Part shown: positions 31,501 through 39,525 of the stretch, piece after piece
Numbering within the stretch: position 1 is the first letter of the stretch
Layout of the letters: each line of letters opens with the position of its first letter
Source of the DNA: a virus
DNA: 64,000 bases
Direction: 5' to 3' (one strand)
IMG/VR virus record: IMGVR_UViG_3300007177_000160
Span: 50,266 to 114,265 of that record
Translations under genes and position numbers: made by a program
The notes under the pieces: generated by a model
Seen by the model: only the letters and a program-made list of their open reading frames with translations
Database searches by the model: none
What the model was told of the DNA's origin: nothing

Positions 31501-33935
31501 TTATTAAAGTAACTGTATTGTCTTTCTCTATCTACTGCTAATCCATAGATATCTCTAATATTACCCAAGTCATCAGTCATAGACTGAAACTTAGTAGCAA
31601 GCTGTTGGATTTTAGCGACTTGTTTAATTTCTTCCTCTCTAGTAATCTTACCAGCTTCTCTGTCCCTAGCTGCTAGTTGTTTATACAACTCAGGGTTATT
31701 TGCTACGTTCCAACGGGCTTGTTCTAAACGTTGTACGTAGGGCATGTACTGCCAACGTTCAACTTGCTTACCATTAGCATCTAGAACAGGATTACTAAAT
31801 TGATCGAACTGTTTAACCTTAGTTGGAGTATTAACCTGGAAACCAGAAATAAACAAAGAAGGAATAAATCCTTCAACCAAAGTTTCTTTAAAACTATCCC
31901 AACTTAATTCGTTTTGTTTTTCGTATTCAAAGTTATTTGGTTGAGCCACATAGTTATCCACTAAATGGTTTCCTACTAAAGACGCAAGTTCTTCTATGGT
32001 TTCTTGAGTTGCCCCTGAGATAGTTTTACGAATAGCAGTAGGTGCAACTATCTTTAAAGCATCTAACTTACTTAGAGAACCTGGAGGAACTAAAGTAAGC
32101 AAACGATCTGCCATAAACGACATCTTTCCAATGCCAGGAACTTTAGAAAGACCTTTGCTAATGCCATCTAATGCAGGATCAATATATTTATCAAACATAC
32201 CTATAGTCTTTCCTCCTTTAAAGAAAGAAGCGTCAGGTACTATTGTCTCTGTTAAACCCTCTACTACAGCTCTAGTAAGTGCTACGTTAAACGCATCATT
32301 ATCATCCTTAAAGAAAGAACGTTCTTCTGCATAAAAACGCGGGAATGTCGTTGCGGTTACAGAACCAAAGGTAGAAATATAAGGCGCTAACTTTGGTAAA
32401 GTCTCTGCCATACCTACTGTCTTACCTATATTAGCATAAGACAACCCAGCTCCCCTAGCCATAGAACCAATACCTCGGGTAATAGCAACAGTAGCTGCTA
32501 CGTCAAAGGCAATAGGAAGTGTGGCTTCAATAGGTGCTTGTAGGTTCCAGTTAGTTACTGTGTTTCCTTTGTCGTCTTTATATTCAAACTTAGCTTGATC
32601 AAAACTGATAGCATCTCCGTAGATATCACGGGTGATTTCATTTTGGTCAATCTTATTATTTTTATTTATATCTGCTCCTAAAAACAAAGTTGGAGGTGCA
32701 GCTAAATTAGCCCCAGATCTAATTCTATATCCAGTTTCATTGTCACCTATTAAATGAGTTAACCCTGCAACTTGGTTTAAAAAGTTTCTTTTTGTAGCCT
32801 GTGCTCCTCTAACAAAAATACCATTCTCTCCAAACCACTGTACTTCATCCCCTGCGGCAAAGTTTCTATTCTTTACCATTTCTAAAGATTGTCTATGCTT
32901 TTCTTTAGCATAAACTTCTGGGTAGAATTTCTTTAAGTATACGTCAGGATTTGATTCGTTTTTAAGTTTAGTATTAAGTTGACCTAAGTAATCAATTTCC
33001 TTGGTAAGATTAGCTTTAGTTAGAGCTAATTGATTCTTTTGATTCTGATCTACAGATTCTGTAATTTGTTTATCTAAATCATAAATCTGTTGTTGGTAGT
33101 TTTGGATTTTGTTTTGGACAGCATACTGCTTAGTAGCAGCATAAGTCATGTCAAACTGAGCATACAAGTCGTCGTCAGTTTTAACATAAGTATTTTTAAA
33201 TACCTCTAAGTCTTCTGGGTTATATAAACGAGAACCGTAAACATTGGACTCTAAATCAGCAAGCTCATTTATTACGTCGCTGTTTCTTTTGTTAGGACTT
33301 TTGATAGCATAACTTAATCTTTGGTTGTCCTGATTAAACTTACCTAACTCTTGTACTCTAGTATTTAAATCTTTAGAGTTTAAATAGTCTTCTAAGTCTT
33401 GGTTAGCTAATTGAATTTTAGCTTTAGAGTTTGCTACGTCTACTATCTTTTTATATTCTTTACTAAGCTTGGCTTTCCCCGCATCATCTAGTAATGATAT
33501 ATTGTCATTAAAAGTAGTTCGTAAATCTTTTAACGCTTGGTCAATTTCTTTTGATGAGCCACTCTGAATAGCTGTTTTAAATGCAGCAGTAGCAGCAATT
33601 ACTCCAGAATCAGTAGAGAAGTTTGCTAAGTCTTTTAGTTCTCTTCCAGTAAAAAACTCGCCTATACTTCTGTCAGGTACCATAAGTCCAACAATAGGAC
33701 TAGGCTGGGCTTTTAATCCAGCATTAATAGACAGAATTGAATTAATACTATTAGAAAGTTCTTGGTCTTCTTTTCTTTGTTGAGCAAAATATCTTTCGTT
33801 ACTTAAATCAAGTTCTCTGACAGTTTGGCCAAGTGACTGGACTTTTACAAGATCTGCAGCAATGCGTTCTGATTCAGTATTTAATTGCTCTCCTGGTTTT
33901 ACCAAGGATTTATAGTATTCGGGAGATTTTGGCAT
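19539..33935 (-). CDS. Virion RNA polymerase polyprotein (crAss-like), with zincin-like, 2OG-Fe(II) dioxygenase and macro-like domains
   Basis: 4798 aa; catalytic GSDFDIDK (23481-23495) preceded by IRVPGQ, as in phi14:2 gp66-type RNAPs; HEAWHE at 27687-27701; extra C-terminal domains. Confidence 0.9.
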   Translation of the reverse strand: MPKSPEYYKSLVKPGEQLNTESERIAADLVKVQSLGQTVRELDLSNERYFAQQRKEDQELSNSINSILSINAGLKAQPSPIVGLMVPDRSIGEFFTGRELKDLANFSTDSGVIAATAAFKTAIQSGSSKEIDQALKDLRTTFNDNISLLDDAGKAKLSKEYKKIVDVANSKAKIQLANQDLEDYLNSKDLNTRVQELGKFNQDNQRLSYAIKSPNKRNSDVINELADLESNVYGSRLYNPEDLEVFKNTYVKTDDDLYAQFDMTYAATKQYAVQNKIQNYQQQIYDLDKQITESVDQNQKNQLALTKANLTKEIDYLGQLNTKLKNESNPDVYLKKFYPEVYAKEKHRQSLEMVKNRNFAAGDEVQWFGENGIFVRGAQATKRNFLNQVAGLTHLIGDNETGYRIRSGANLAAPPTLFLGADINKNNKIDQNEITRDIYGDAISFDQAKFEYKDDKGNTVTNWNLQAPIEATLPIAFDVAATVAITRGIGSMARGAGLSYANIGKTVGMAETLPKLAPYISTFGSVTATTFPRFYAEERSFFKDDNDAFNVALTRAVVEGLTETIVPDASFFKGGKTIGMFDKYIDPALDGISKGLSKVPGIGKMSFMADRLLTLVPPGSLSKLDALKIVAPTAIRKTISGATQETIEELASLVGNHLVDNYVAQPNNFEYEKQNELSWDSFKETLVEGFIPSLFISGFQVNTPTKVKQFDQFSNPVLDANGKQVERWQYMPYVQRLEQARWNVANNPELYKQLAARDREAGKITREEEIKQVAKIQQLATKFQSMTDDLGNIRDIYGLAVDRERQYSYFNNLLHQEDLLGTDTSNFTPEQLAEYEAMTTQVTNEVLSTRQLISQNKALTEQEKQANLKRVFEQRKDKLGEVSMAEMLQMAAGLNPVINNLNKKQTPEFDFLKENYNDFYNSVLANLNDRVANFVNQAENSPESLTNLELQTFAEVFGYPLANLSALEGPMPEMLSEGAQGVSVPFMPTKPIVDRIKALMLERSVYTNPDVFLQEVSKNLQNLELKSIQQTRMAMAQLTPEEIESGEVNAALHPNLSKTQIFNLAIELQKNKQRIAKNGKDTLSTRVAQIRNNDYYFAKDEDGTYDLVAIQNANTLATEAAKSQPVNSSFQGSAFQAAQAEAEAKRQQEEQAAREAEALAAAQAGQPVEVDPASPLGEEINLQDVDVDLHPVNADLYQQYSALVNELNNTLSNTNLDPEERSQIVSEFRSRLLADIKDESDLTNIYSILVAAFPGNEAKITDFINKAEQGSLDTSLILGLPNGPSNTFVSQLGKHISTLLNPTPEAEVTPTEVAPTMQPELVINEEPVVVPDQTNQEVGQQLLSLELVEGPFSLTLSMTSISQDNKSLLDDPNVSFIQRVLAVYAESREAKPAYKAYMASTMNIYRKLLPDSIELLENLQQLNRKLTSEEERLLRSALQVKGIPLHNNDFIKYLVSNPKEIGSGIMSLIVDSNLNPVYFRENGLEGSIDDIPVLAALKTKKHLNVNQAELQLRNTVESLGENGFVTADIIGLASSKQVAVSDLKKAKVYVHFETTAEEYATPFGKFILNPGYTYVEIAGDPYQYQPVKLPQASPDFLIKLVDAFNNGILPTGLPSEIYESAEAFKSYLENLFYFNADTQGLILGSTQNNKLVFKKKNKNGKYQAITGSEEVQLGLIRGAFANLRYMVSKQSLTTNQPSTLLYEQNGIRLKSFPNYEALVLSPEFGAQVIMRGNSRFALSPELTIESTISNAEKGFEDVLPEVPLVSDIPSTAIIEAETVEIPEEQLEQLEKQLDLFVDQPQLTPEEAEEAAQLPSRRIQDANERREAIQRAQAEMYQEYQVDLEAFRTGSFLNDLQAAIDSLFGGAFITSKQSFIRFGDKNSLDGVYGDKIKKTYFPKRSTPATSILGLDQIAQLIEDRIGREVSPSELVDFMTTYPGGIGTINSRNIDTVYGRFNPKKNPKYDGIRGIIAKEERAASKEFAQDEFSSDTFDFRDPWDQPPPANIPNPFEDDFFRSLELENDITEAQNKAAEEWVNSHPIFKNTKFIFDKTLRHPLAYATWSKAAITLFADANYAEAYHEAWHEFSQMYLTPAQREALYAEARKIYGELPLVELEEKLAESFRQFALSNGTEMPSEIAKYESTKNIFQKIWDFLTGFFTDKLTVDKYFSQLYKGNISSYTRNEDAGYFKTLYSAKLVVKHPDNTDKVFSFRESQQILTQMDSLFVDVAAKLGQPYGASFVNVVENPQLTKAVLQEMHRLIGEARTRYAAKVEENPTAAATRKFNYTSLLYTNSNTLFTFFKANSPLFSDKIRKIAIEEVVEDEQETGPLREFARLETSIEEMSQKTTAHPLIISAIKSLPLYKNRRPVKDNVFGVNTVGSFDLNWNSLQRTLSGSNSYEELYNRLTQLSKEQPQFRALLAYLPNPKEANVKQSTLNFKNLFYNTFAMPYVDGFIKEIRVVENENGDSFVDFQIYKAKTSDVLNLSKMWDNVFTSSPGLYKLVDPKTGSYYLNTDKYFADYAIPAIPAGVSVTEETLNEYKLQLLNLLEPLGFNFTELAKQTILTRSAKDLQSDVKLIYNKIQSFAQSTETGLIYKPLEVLRGTHKDSEGKNVNSEVRSLYKLVDAEIKVNVEYANDMQFNALNKKVWSVTPHTYMTRIVAAMNDYQKYPTLPSLLAAYPQLNSSFNGGGNYSLLLNYLFNVVTGERNVETDGTPRTAEIASLLGIKTEDNATKTVDSTESLKHFSEIQGFIKRGVEELNRLSGKSTTRSLVMPTSLLKELGFDNDAFNTPGKVVIPDSVTYSILLPNVYSEIQVAKKYADSRNPFFKVSPFLDKENTKPRLTYFEDIFDEATRIELYNYFANVAPSGLSTALGQINPDLLASVKQQYTNYIAKSVDVSKGILNNAFDSNTATVSDGDLIRYHIFSMFSRIEQHKLFFGHPYYYKNAKDIEKRLSAWNAYGSYALLDEQNIQEINKSGFSQRKAFLEHNNALGENKVEVNPDLNTDVTKISYLVLKDTSVDSQTAKNSPAYQTKVVDPATGESVTLASYYVNNTDAKKQDAAAFSTLDFYANFYAMSTGLTLAMKKEIDRQNRIYALYLQSQRGENVQAELENALNEGPYYTFTIKKLQYAGHNLVGDKTIPVFHKYSVKPILPSEVVGDPILGSILQKLHASSADYAVFSSGTKIAETVDPISLFNSDGSVNSNYVPNSVGKIDTQYLKEQVLIENKETFMTIFSTQFRKLLFKDSPAESEELYQEYRTAIENLVDFDKVKFLSKIEDQEKLVNFIVSELSKKNIAEATKDLIQLKENGQLKHTLDAFVDRTIMESTMIASLKNAIIKQKVPGAQRVQYPVSLIRPGRTLKYYDLVDGKVTKAETIVSFSKGFYPLLNLQYNGKPIGQFDEFGKPVNLFSAVQRLNEAIANPLFRSKYADILDKALTIAAIRVPGQDYNSMENFEIVEFLPEESGEIILVPDEMVIKSGSDFDIDKLFCYDPFLEADGSFRVNDMSAEEAFEYEKELKEELADNKIILKETLAQRNALAADVAKIIEKYGFDPNAVRLKELYAKLKAADTISEDELELEEMDKETLAELIRERMSGVSAPVTTKAREINDEIKRVRQALKEAKNEGLSQAINALGSQINSLSKRNQFLTNEIKGTRNRMTNSLLVAVSERLTQPDVFDKLLKPNSSDVIKKLAKEFGIQNEWTKASYTNIVNPIYQLYVHRLNSFKKALGQDAKMNVLFAILQKANLRVVDKKAVKAYPLNANGKAEGILDFSKSFGVDGVRIGDLTGQLITAHVDIEKEDQVAWINLNVRINPVTNYMVGVGSSFADIVKLVNLNYTAAGETKPSNSSIITYGRGNARMSDSEFIQSILSDIYEKSTAWSNENYETLPEVELLSKSIGNFGNFKLSKLKALVADIIEENPSIVLNDTTSYGNLIRFVSFLSVKDQQSKLFTLSSNTDFDTFSPQNFEAFRKGANELRLLIKEKFFNEDGVKRVISESVVSPFQIQEEIFNSFEKIFPISASSKLGTLITTAYSAVKKANPELNYDQFSRIFKNDLLYALFRNNVPQVAEIESLLDKRNPGNIVAIYENLKARLFERKIASDNLIFDGVSFATEESSAFIRTGFSSVDAEDSVNILREEFESGLNWSHPNLNPDNEEDAELQRDMQSFFLAYGYAGIIGSQLNKKYDSYLPYIPESIYTTRMSSIIENFTEEMNNTFDQVSDIVYQFVTQQETKEVTKEAAEYLVTDAADYTDVVNDILQDKLSSLLTGSNTFISKFLDRFLANHPELRGKYGTNKDLLYFKDYDLFRDSITPTFKGEEISQINTTQQANIGLKGEKVSEGIYLNQGALTKEEQLELFNYLKPYLESQAAKTNKGKSASKMIGLGLRWDYKSNNPDKQAINIPDPINPANKTKYGYYNTSINNQPLAPISPRFRELMQKASGVDMTHYDGAIINLYEADSFISSHNDVDESLSAVNYPVIGINLGGTGNFSIEFRNETPKMLSLQAGSAYVFGVNGVNRQVFHRTFPKPQDSFLPELTTAIDGKTYEPGSYRVTITMRRVMPLTANMPISPVRQEAIKQRKYTPKEITKLEPNQVFVFGANTAGHHGAGGAGYAMFGNAQANYTVYDKGTRGMWAEYGVVNQLMEGQQGKSFGVITKYAQVDTNNQGEQVVRIGNKRSVSLSVVENSIVAMLETARQNPELEFLVTEIGIKLAGWTPSQIKTIFAKHINLIGDNVVLPKMFEVRDAKPIVSMTTVASAANLDVIPENYEAIRAEAIKASFNELSEQNEAFKNFCKGGS

Positions 33936-33962
33936 AATTCAAAAATAGTTAAAAAGATAGGT

Positions 33963-35828
33963 TTACTCAATACCTAAAGAAGAAATATCAACTTCGGAAC
34001 TAAATTTAGGTCCTTTATTTACTTTGTTTGTGTAGTCTACACTTTTGGTATTAATCATAATAGGATTACCATCTTTATCTTTTGCTATATTTCCTGCAGC
34101 ATCTAGCATAGGTTTAGTAGTGTATCCTATACTAGAAGGTAAACCAACAGCATAACGATCAGTTAACCTATTTCTATTCATAAAGAAGTTTAAGTTATCT
34201 ATGTTACCTAAAGAATAATCAAAAGAATTACTAAAACTAAATGGCTTACTTACTCCATTGTCTGATTTCTTTTCATTATCAATAAAACTAATCATTTGAT
34301 CTATCTGAGTTAGAGCATTATTTATAGTGTTGTCGTAATCTTTTACACTAACTGCATCAGTAAATCCTAAAATTTGAGCAACTGCTGGTTTGTAGTTCCA
34401 ATTTAATTTCTTTGGGCCTAAATAATTTTTAATTAAAGTTTTAAGTCCTGTAAGTTGTGCTACCCCACTTTGGTTTTTAATCTTCTCAACTTCTTCTACA
34501 AACTTAATAAGATTATTAGAAGCTACTGCATTTTGCGGATCTGCAAAATCTTTTCTAGCTTCTTGAGCTAATGCAACTAATTGGCTCATTTGATTTCCTT
34601 GTATGTTTTTAATAATCTTATTCATCTCAGGAACTACTATTTCATTCTTAGCAGTACCTAGATAGTTGATCTCTTGATTTATTTTAATCTTAGCACGCTC
34701 ACGTTCCAGAGCAAGATTGTGCTGTAGATATACTCGGTTATTCTTTTGCTGCTCTTCCCAGTATTTATTTCCAATTAAGTCATCTGTTACTTTCTTAGCA
34801 GCATACATATTACCCATGTTAGAGATAAACTTATCTTGATAAATTTGAGAATACTCTTGTATATCAAATTCATCATAAGGTTTGTTTACGTTCTCATTAG
34901 CTTTTACTCTAACTTGCTCAAAGTATTGAAGACCTTGTTTTGCTTGTTCTAGCTGAGCTTTTGTAGTAGCACTAGGAGCTTTAGAATATGCATCTTCGTA
35001 TGCAGCTACTAATTGAGCTTGTTGTTGGGCTTTTAAAGATGCGTCATCAGCAATAGTTTTATTGTATTCTACAAACCCTTGGTATGCGTTATCTTTACCT
35101 AAACGATTTAAGTTGTATTGAGAATCAATCTGAAGCTGACGCATAGCCTTTGGATCAGCCTGTAAGAAACTTCTAAAGCGTGAAGCTATATCAGCTTCGC
35201 TATAACCTTCTTCGGTTCTCTTTAATAGATACGCGGGACCATAACCAGTTCCTTGTCCAGGAGCACTTATAGAAGTTTGAGAAGGAGTAATCTTTTGACT
35301 CTTCATAAAGTCATTCCACTTCTCAGTCAAGTCATAATACTCTTCGTAAGTTTTACCGTAGGCTATTTTCTGACCTACTTTTCCAGAAGATAGATACTGT
35401 TGAGCATCATTCATAAAGAAGAAATCATTAGCAGCTGAGCGTTTCTTAGAATCCATTTTACTAAGTTCGCTTTGTCTGCGTCTAATTTCTTTTCCATTAC
35501 TTATAGCAGTAAGAATGTTATCGTCACGCTCAACGTATTGACCCATGTTTAAAACAGCGTCTACATTTGCTTTATACGAAAAGTCAATTCCTGCATTAGA
35601 ATTTACCTGCTTAACTAACTTAGTCATTGCAGTATCAAAGTACTCACGCTCTGCGTCAGTGACTATATTATTTCTAAGTGCACTATACTGATCTAAGGTA
35701 GTTCTAACTTGAGCTAGACCTTCATCATATAATTGTTGCTTTTTTTCTGCTAACTTAATAAACTCGTCAGCAGGTAAAGCGGAGATATAGTCAGGATACT
35801 TAAAACTACTACTAGAGTGTGAAATCAT
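33963..35828 (-). CDS. Virion cargo protein in the RNAP cluster
   Basis: 621-aa helical protein directly upstream of the vRNAP, in the conserved crAss-like gene order. Confidence 0.6.
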   Translation of the reverse strand: MISHSSSSFKYPDYISALPADEFIKLAEKKQQLYDEGLAQVRTTLDQYSALRNNIVTDAEREYFDTAMTKLVKQVNSNAGIDFSYKANVDAVLNMGQYVERDDNILTAISNGKEIRRRQSELSKMDSKKRSAANDFFFMNDAQQYLSSGKVGQKIAYGKTYEEYYDLTEKWNDFMKSQKITPSQTSISAPGQGTGYGPAYLLKRTEEGYSEADIASRFRSFLQADPKAMRQLQIDSQYNLNRLGKDNAYQGFVEYNKTIADDASLKAQQQAQLVAAYEDAYSKAPSATTKAQLEQAKQGLQYFEQVRVKANENVNKPYDEFDIQEYSQIYQDKFISNMGNMYAAKKVTDDLIGNKYWEEQQKNNRVYLQHNLALERERAKIKINQEINYLGTAKNEIVVPEMNKIIKNIQGNQMSQLVALAQEARKDFADPQNAVASNNLIKFVEEVEKIKNQSGVAQLTGLKTLIKNYLGPKKLNWNYKPAVAQILGFTDAVSVKDYDNTINNALTQIDQMISFIDNEKKSDNGVSKPFSFSNSFDYSLGNIDNLNFFMNRNRLTDRYAVGLPSSIGYTTKPMLDAAGNIAKDKDGNPIMINTKSVDYTNKVNKGPKFSSEVDISSLGIE

Positions 35829-35839
35829 GGTTGGTAAAA

Positions 35840-38746
35840 TTAATTATTCTTTTTTACTTTCTTATACAACTGTCCGCCTGTTTTTATATAACTACCTAAC
35901 TTAGAAGACTTTTTAGTTTTAGGTGCTGCCGCCTCGGTTACGGGAGCAGTGGTAGTTAAATCCTGGGGGTTAAGGGTTGTATTAACTAAAGGAGTTCTTT
36001 GGTTGTAAATAGGATTAGCTACAGGAGTCCAAGTTCTTGTATTAGCGTCGTAAGAATACGAAGGCATAAAGTTTTTAGAGTACAGCTCTTTTAGTGCCTC
36101 GTCTTGTTCGTACTGGGCTCTGCTTTCTACTAGATTAGTCAGTGCGGCTTGTTTAGCCTCAGATTGTTTAGCTTTAGCTGTAGCGTATAACTGATTGTAA
36201 GTTCTATCAAACAATTCTGCATTAGCCATTTGGGTTTGCATATCTGCCTGGAAATTAGTTACATCTGCTTTCCAGCGGCCCTCAGCATCATAGTTTTGTT
36301 TTGTTTGGTATGCTTTATTCTTAGCATCTAGTGCCATAGCATAAGCCATATTAGGATCAGCACCAGCACGCAAAGCTGAAACTTGCATATTATCTACATC
36401 TTGTAATTGGCTTTGGATATTCAAAGTCTGAGGTCTGATATAAGGTGCCTCAATTTCAGGCACTGCATAAGGGAAAATTTCTTGAGACTGTGCAAGTGCA
36501 TAGGCTCCAGGAACTGCCTGCATTAAATCATAAGGCTCTCTTTCGTAAGTACCAAACTTTGGTTTAACCATTGCAGGAACTTCCCCTGGAGTAGGCTGTG
36601 TAAATTCTTCAGCTACAATTTCTTGTTCGTCATATACACTAGGTACAGTAGACTTAGCGTATTGACCTGCAGTAGTGTTTGTGTACGCAGCATCAATAGG
36701 ACTAATTTGACGATTACCTGCGATTACACCTGGCTCGTCAGTAACCCCACGTTGTCCAATATCAAAGTATTGGATTTTCTGAGATAATTCAGGGCTTAAT
36801 TGATTGTTAGTCCTTGCATCAATTAAGTCACGATAACCTAAATAAGTAGCCTGTTGTAAAGCAGCAGTCTTTGGGTCTTCCGCTAGAGGAATACCTGCGG
36901 CTTTAAATTCAGCAGCTAGTCTTTTATTAGTTACTGAATTAGGATCATTAGGATCTCCTATTTGACTTAAATCTATATTACGAGCCTTAAGGGCCAAGTT
37001 ACGTTTGTTTAATTCTAAGAAGTTTTTAACTATCTCCTCATCTTTCATATTATCTATGTCAGAAAGTTGACCATAAGCTTTTGAGGTCTTTCCTTTCTTA
37101 CCTGTGTAGTAAGCTTGGTTTTTAGCAGCGGCTCTTGTTCTTTCTACTAGAGCTTTTCTTACTTCAGGATCCGATAATTGTTGTTCTAGATAAGCGTATT
37201 CATTTGCAGTAGCTTGGTCGCCTGCAAAAGTAGTTCCTAAGTCTGTGCCTTTATATTGAGGTAAAGCAGAACGTTGTCCAGTAACCTTAACTAAATTACC
37301 CTTATCGTTACGGTAGTATTCGCCTACCTTAGCTTCACCTTTAGGTTTAATTTTAGATTCAGGGACTACTAATTGTTTTCTACGTTTATTATCTCCTAAG
37401 TCTAAAATTTGGTAAGTGTTACCTTCAGAGTCGACTTCAGTTCCTAAAAGTTTATAACTCTGTCCACCTCCCTGCATGTTGGAAAGAATCTTAGCTTGTA
37501 CATATCCAGGAAGTGCTTTAAATCCAGGATTGTTAGTGCCACCATCTTTCATCTGTGACATAGGCTCGCCAGTTGAGTTACCGTTTAATAGTTGCTGCTC
37601 TTGGAATAACTTATCCAAAACAGCTTCATTTTTAGCTTTCATGATAGCGGCCGTGTTTTTGTCTACCTGCTTTGCAAAAGGATTATCTAAAATTTCTTGG
37701 TACTTAGTACTGTCGTATTTCTTAGCAATCTGAGCAAAAGTCTTATTAGAGTCTTTTCCTTTTGTGCCACCCGACATAAAGGTATTAAAATCAAAACCAG
37801 TTAATTCTCCACCACTTTGCATAAATGCACCAAGCTTCATCATTTTTTCTTCTGGACTAAGTTTCTGCAAGTCACCTGGTTTTAAGTGATCAGAAAACAC
37901 TCGAGTTCCTTCAGGGAGATTTGTATTTGTTCCTCCCATAGATACACCGTTAACTTGATACTTGTCACTGTGACTGGGACCAGAAGCTATCTCACTAGTT
38001 CCATCAGGAAGTAGTAAGTATTCGTTATTTTCTATTTCAACATTATTAACTCCGTACTGGGGAGTATTAGGACGAGTTGAAATTCTTGCGCCTTTTTCTG
38101 CCATAATAATTGGTTGATATTCTGTTCCACCTGATGTAGTACGACCATACATATAGTTGTAATCATATACAGGCTTAGATTGTCTTTGTTGTATGGAACG
38201 ATTAAATTCTGTTTGACGACGTAAATCATCTTTATAGTTTAACCCAGCAGAAATGCCAGTTAATCCTAATGTAGCCCAGCTACTCCAATCAAGGGGGTTT
38301 TTAGATTTGGTGTCTTTTGTATCTTCTGTATCTTCTTCATCTCCTCCACCTAATGATTCTTCTGCAGCTATGCTAATGCCTTGAGCTTGTTTTACACTAG
38401 CTGGAGTAGATGTTTCGTACTCAGTAATATTTAAAACATCGTCTTGAGGCAAACCTTCTAGTTTTGGTAGTGGTTGATTTTTATTAGGTACCTGATTAGG
38501 AGTAAAAAAATCTTCACCTGTAAAAGGAAAAGACTCTTTCATTTTTTTGATTTCCTTGTCTGTATATTTTTTAGGCAGACTTAATGGATTGTTTTGGAAG
38601 TACGCTTGTTGTTTAGCAAATTCTTCCTCAAATTGTTTTTGAAAATCAACGGCCTCTAAACCTTTACCTTCTAAATTGTTGGTATTAACACCTGCATTTT
38701 GCATGTATTTTTTACCAAACTTTTTATATAAGGAGTGCCTTAACAT
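35840..38746 (-). CDS. Virion cargo protein with multiple MxxGG motifs
   Basis: 968 aa; VEIENNE..GPSHS..GG..RVFSDHLK segment; low-complexity Q/A-rich C-terminus. Confidence 0.65.
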   Translation of the reverse strand: MLRHSLYKKFGKKYMQNAGVNTNNLEGKGLEAVDFQKQFEEEFAKQQAYFQNNPLSLPKKYTDKEIKKMKESFPFTGEDFFTPNQVPNKNQPLPKLEGLPQDDVLNITEYETSTPASVKQAQGISIAAEESLGGGDEEDTEDTKDTKSKNPLDWSSWATLGLTGISAGLNYKDDLRRQTEFNRSIQQRQSKPVYDYNYMYGRTTSGGTEYQPIIMAEKGARISTRPNTPQYGVNNVEIENNEYLLLPDGTSEIASGPSHSDKYQVNGVSMGGTNTNLPEGTRVFSDHLKPGDLQKLSPEEKMMKLGAFMQSGGELTGFDFNTFMSGGTKGKDSNKTFAQIAKKYDSTKYQEILDNPFAKQVDKNTAAIMKAKNEAVLDKLFQEQQLLNGNSTGEPMSQMKDGGTNNPGFKALPGYVQAKILSNMQGGGQSYKLLGTEVDSEGNTYQILDLGDNKRRKQLVVPESKIKPKGEAKVGEYYRNDKGNLVKVTGQRSALPQYKGTDLGTTFAGDQATANEYAYLEQQLSDPEVRKALVERTRAAAKNQAYYTGKKGKTSKAYGQLSDIDNMKDEEIVKNFLELNKRNLALKARNIDLSQIGDPNDPNSVTNKRLAAEFKAAGIPLAEDPKTAALQQATYLGYRDLIDARTNNQLSPELSQKIQYFDIGQRGVTDEPGVIAGNRQISPIDAAYTNTTAGQYAKSTVPSVYDEQEIVAEEFTQPTPGEVPAMVKPKFGTYEREPYDLMQAVPGAYALAQSQEIFPYAVPEIEAPYIRPQTLNIQSQLQDVDNMQVSALRAGADPNMAYAMALDAKNKAYQTKQNYDAEGRWKADVTNFQADMQTQMANAELFDRTYNQLYATAKAKQSEAKQAALTNLVESRAQYEQDEALKELYSKNFMPSYSYDANTRTWTPVANPIYNQRTPLVNTTLNPQDLTTTAPVTEAAAPKTKKSSKLGSYIKTGGQLYKKVKKNN

Positions 38747-38803
38747 TAGATTAATTTTTTATGTTATAACTTTAATAATGAAAGTTAATAATTACACTAA
38801 TTA

Positions 38804-38833
38804 CAAATATAATTTATTAACTAAAAAAAGCAA
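38804..38833 (-). promoter_or_regulatory. Bacteroidota sigma-type promoter for the cargo/RNAP operon
   Basis: TTG-N19-TATATTTG; the -33 TTG lies inside the upstream terminator stem. Confidence 0.75.
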
Positions 38834-38850
38834 GGGATTATTTCCCTTGC
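38823..38850 (-). terminator. Intrinsic terminator overlapping the stop of the small basic ORF
   Basis: GCAAGGGA-aataa-TCCCTTGC followed by TTTTTTT. Confidence 0.8.
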
Positions 38851-38987
38851 CCTCTATATGCTTTTTGATAGTTCTTACTCTGCTTTAACTTAGAAGATTT
38901 AGTCTTAGCGTGAATGCCTGGTCTGCTTACTTTGGGTTTGTCTTTAAATGCAGACGAAACACTAGTGGATTTTGCTTTAGTTGCCAT
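38838..38987 (-). CDS. Small, highly basic protein, 49 aa (not in the ORF track)
   Basis: MATKAKSTSVSSAFKDKPKVSRPGIHAKTKSSKLKQSKNYQKAYRGQGK*; A-rich leader; stop lies in the terminator loop. Confidence 0.75.
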   Translation of the reverse strand: MATKAKSTSVSSAFKDKPKVSRPGIHAKTKSSKLKQSKNYQKAYRGQGK

Positions 38988-39009
38988 AGTATTAATTTTA
39001 AAAGTTAAT

Positions 39010-39525
39010 TTACCATTTTACTTTGTTAGCGACACTTATACACAAAGAAACAAATTCTTCTTGTGTGTATTGTTGTTTGCACATATTTACCATCTTATGT
39101 ACCCATTGAAGATTTCCTTCAATATATCCTTTAGATGAGTCTATTCTATCTAATGATGCTGTGTTTTTATTTACTTGCATTGCGTCAATATCCCAGCCTG
39201 TTAATGCACATTTATAATCTTGTTCGATAAGCAAGTCAGCTAAATACTCTGCCGTTACTTGCCAAGTTATATTTCTAAGAGCTGCTTGTATCCTATACTT
39301 ATCACAAAAAGAATATCTTAAAACTCCTTTAACCCATCCTTTATGTTGGTTATTTTCAGGTCGAGAGTTGCTACAAGCTTTACATTCTTTACCTGCATTG
39401 TAAGAATTAATAGCATAGTTTCTACGTAAGTAAGATTGTAATTCTCCGCAATTAGGGCATTTTTTGTACCAACGTTTATCTGTCCCTAAATAAACTTCGT
39501 TAGGTAAATCTAGAGCGTCTGACAT
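39010..39525 (-). CDS. Free-standing HNH-type homing endonuclease with Zn finger
   Basis: CPNC..CKAC, QDYKCALTG, ASLDRIDSSKGYIEGNLQWVHKMVNMCK; likely ATG start at MSDAL (39525). Confidence 0.75.
   Translation of the reverse strand: MSDALDLPNEVYLGTDKRWYKKCPNCGELQSYLRRNYAINSYNAGKECKACSNSRPENNQHKGWVKGVLRYSFCDKYRIQAALRNITWQVTAEYLADLLIEQDYKCALTGWDIDAMQVNKNTASLDRIDSSKGYIEGNLQWVHKMVNMCKQQYTQEEFVSLCISVANKVKW

Noticed and set aside
38767-38787. Inverted repeat TAACTTT-N7-AAAGTTA downstream of the cargo-operon promoter as an operator
   Set aside because: Short, AT-rich and seen only once; chance occurrence cannot be excluded
38914-39138. 74-aa + strand ORF
   Set aside because: Antisense to the HNH gene and the 49-aa basic ORF, both of which fit the operon better
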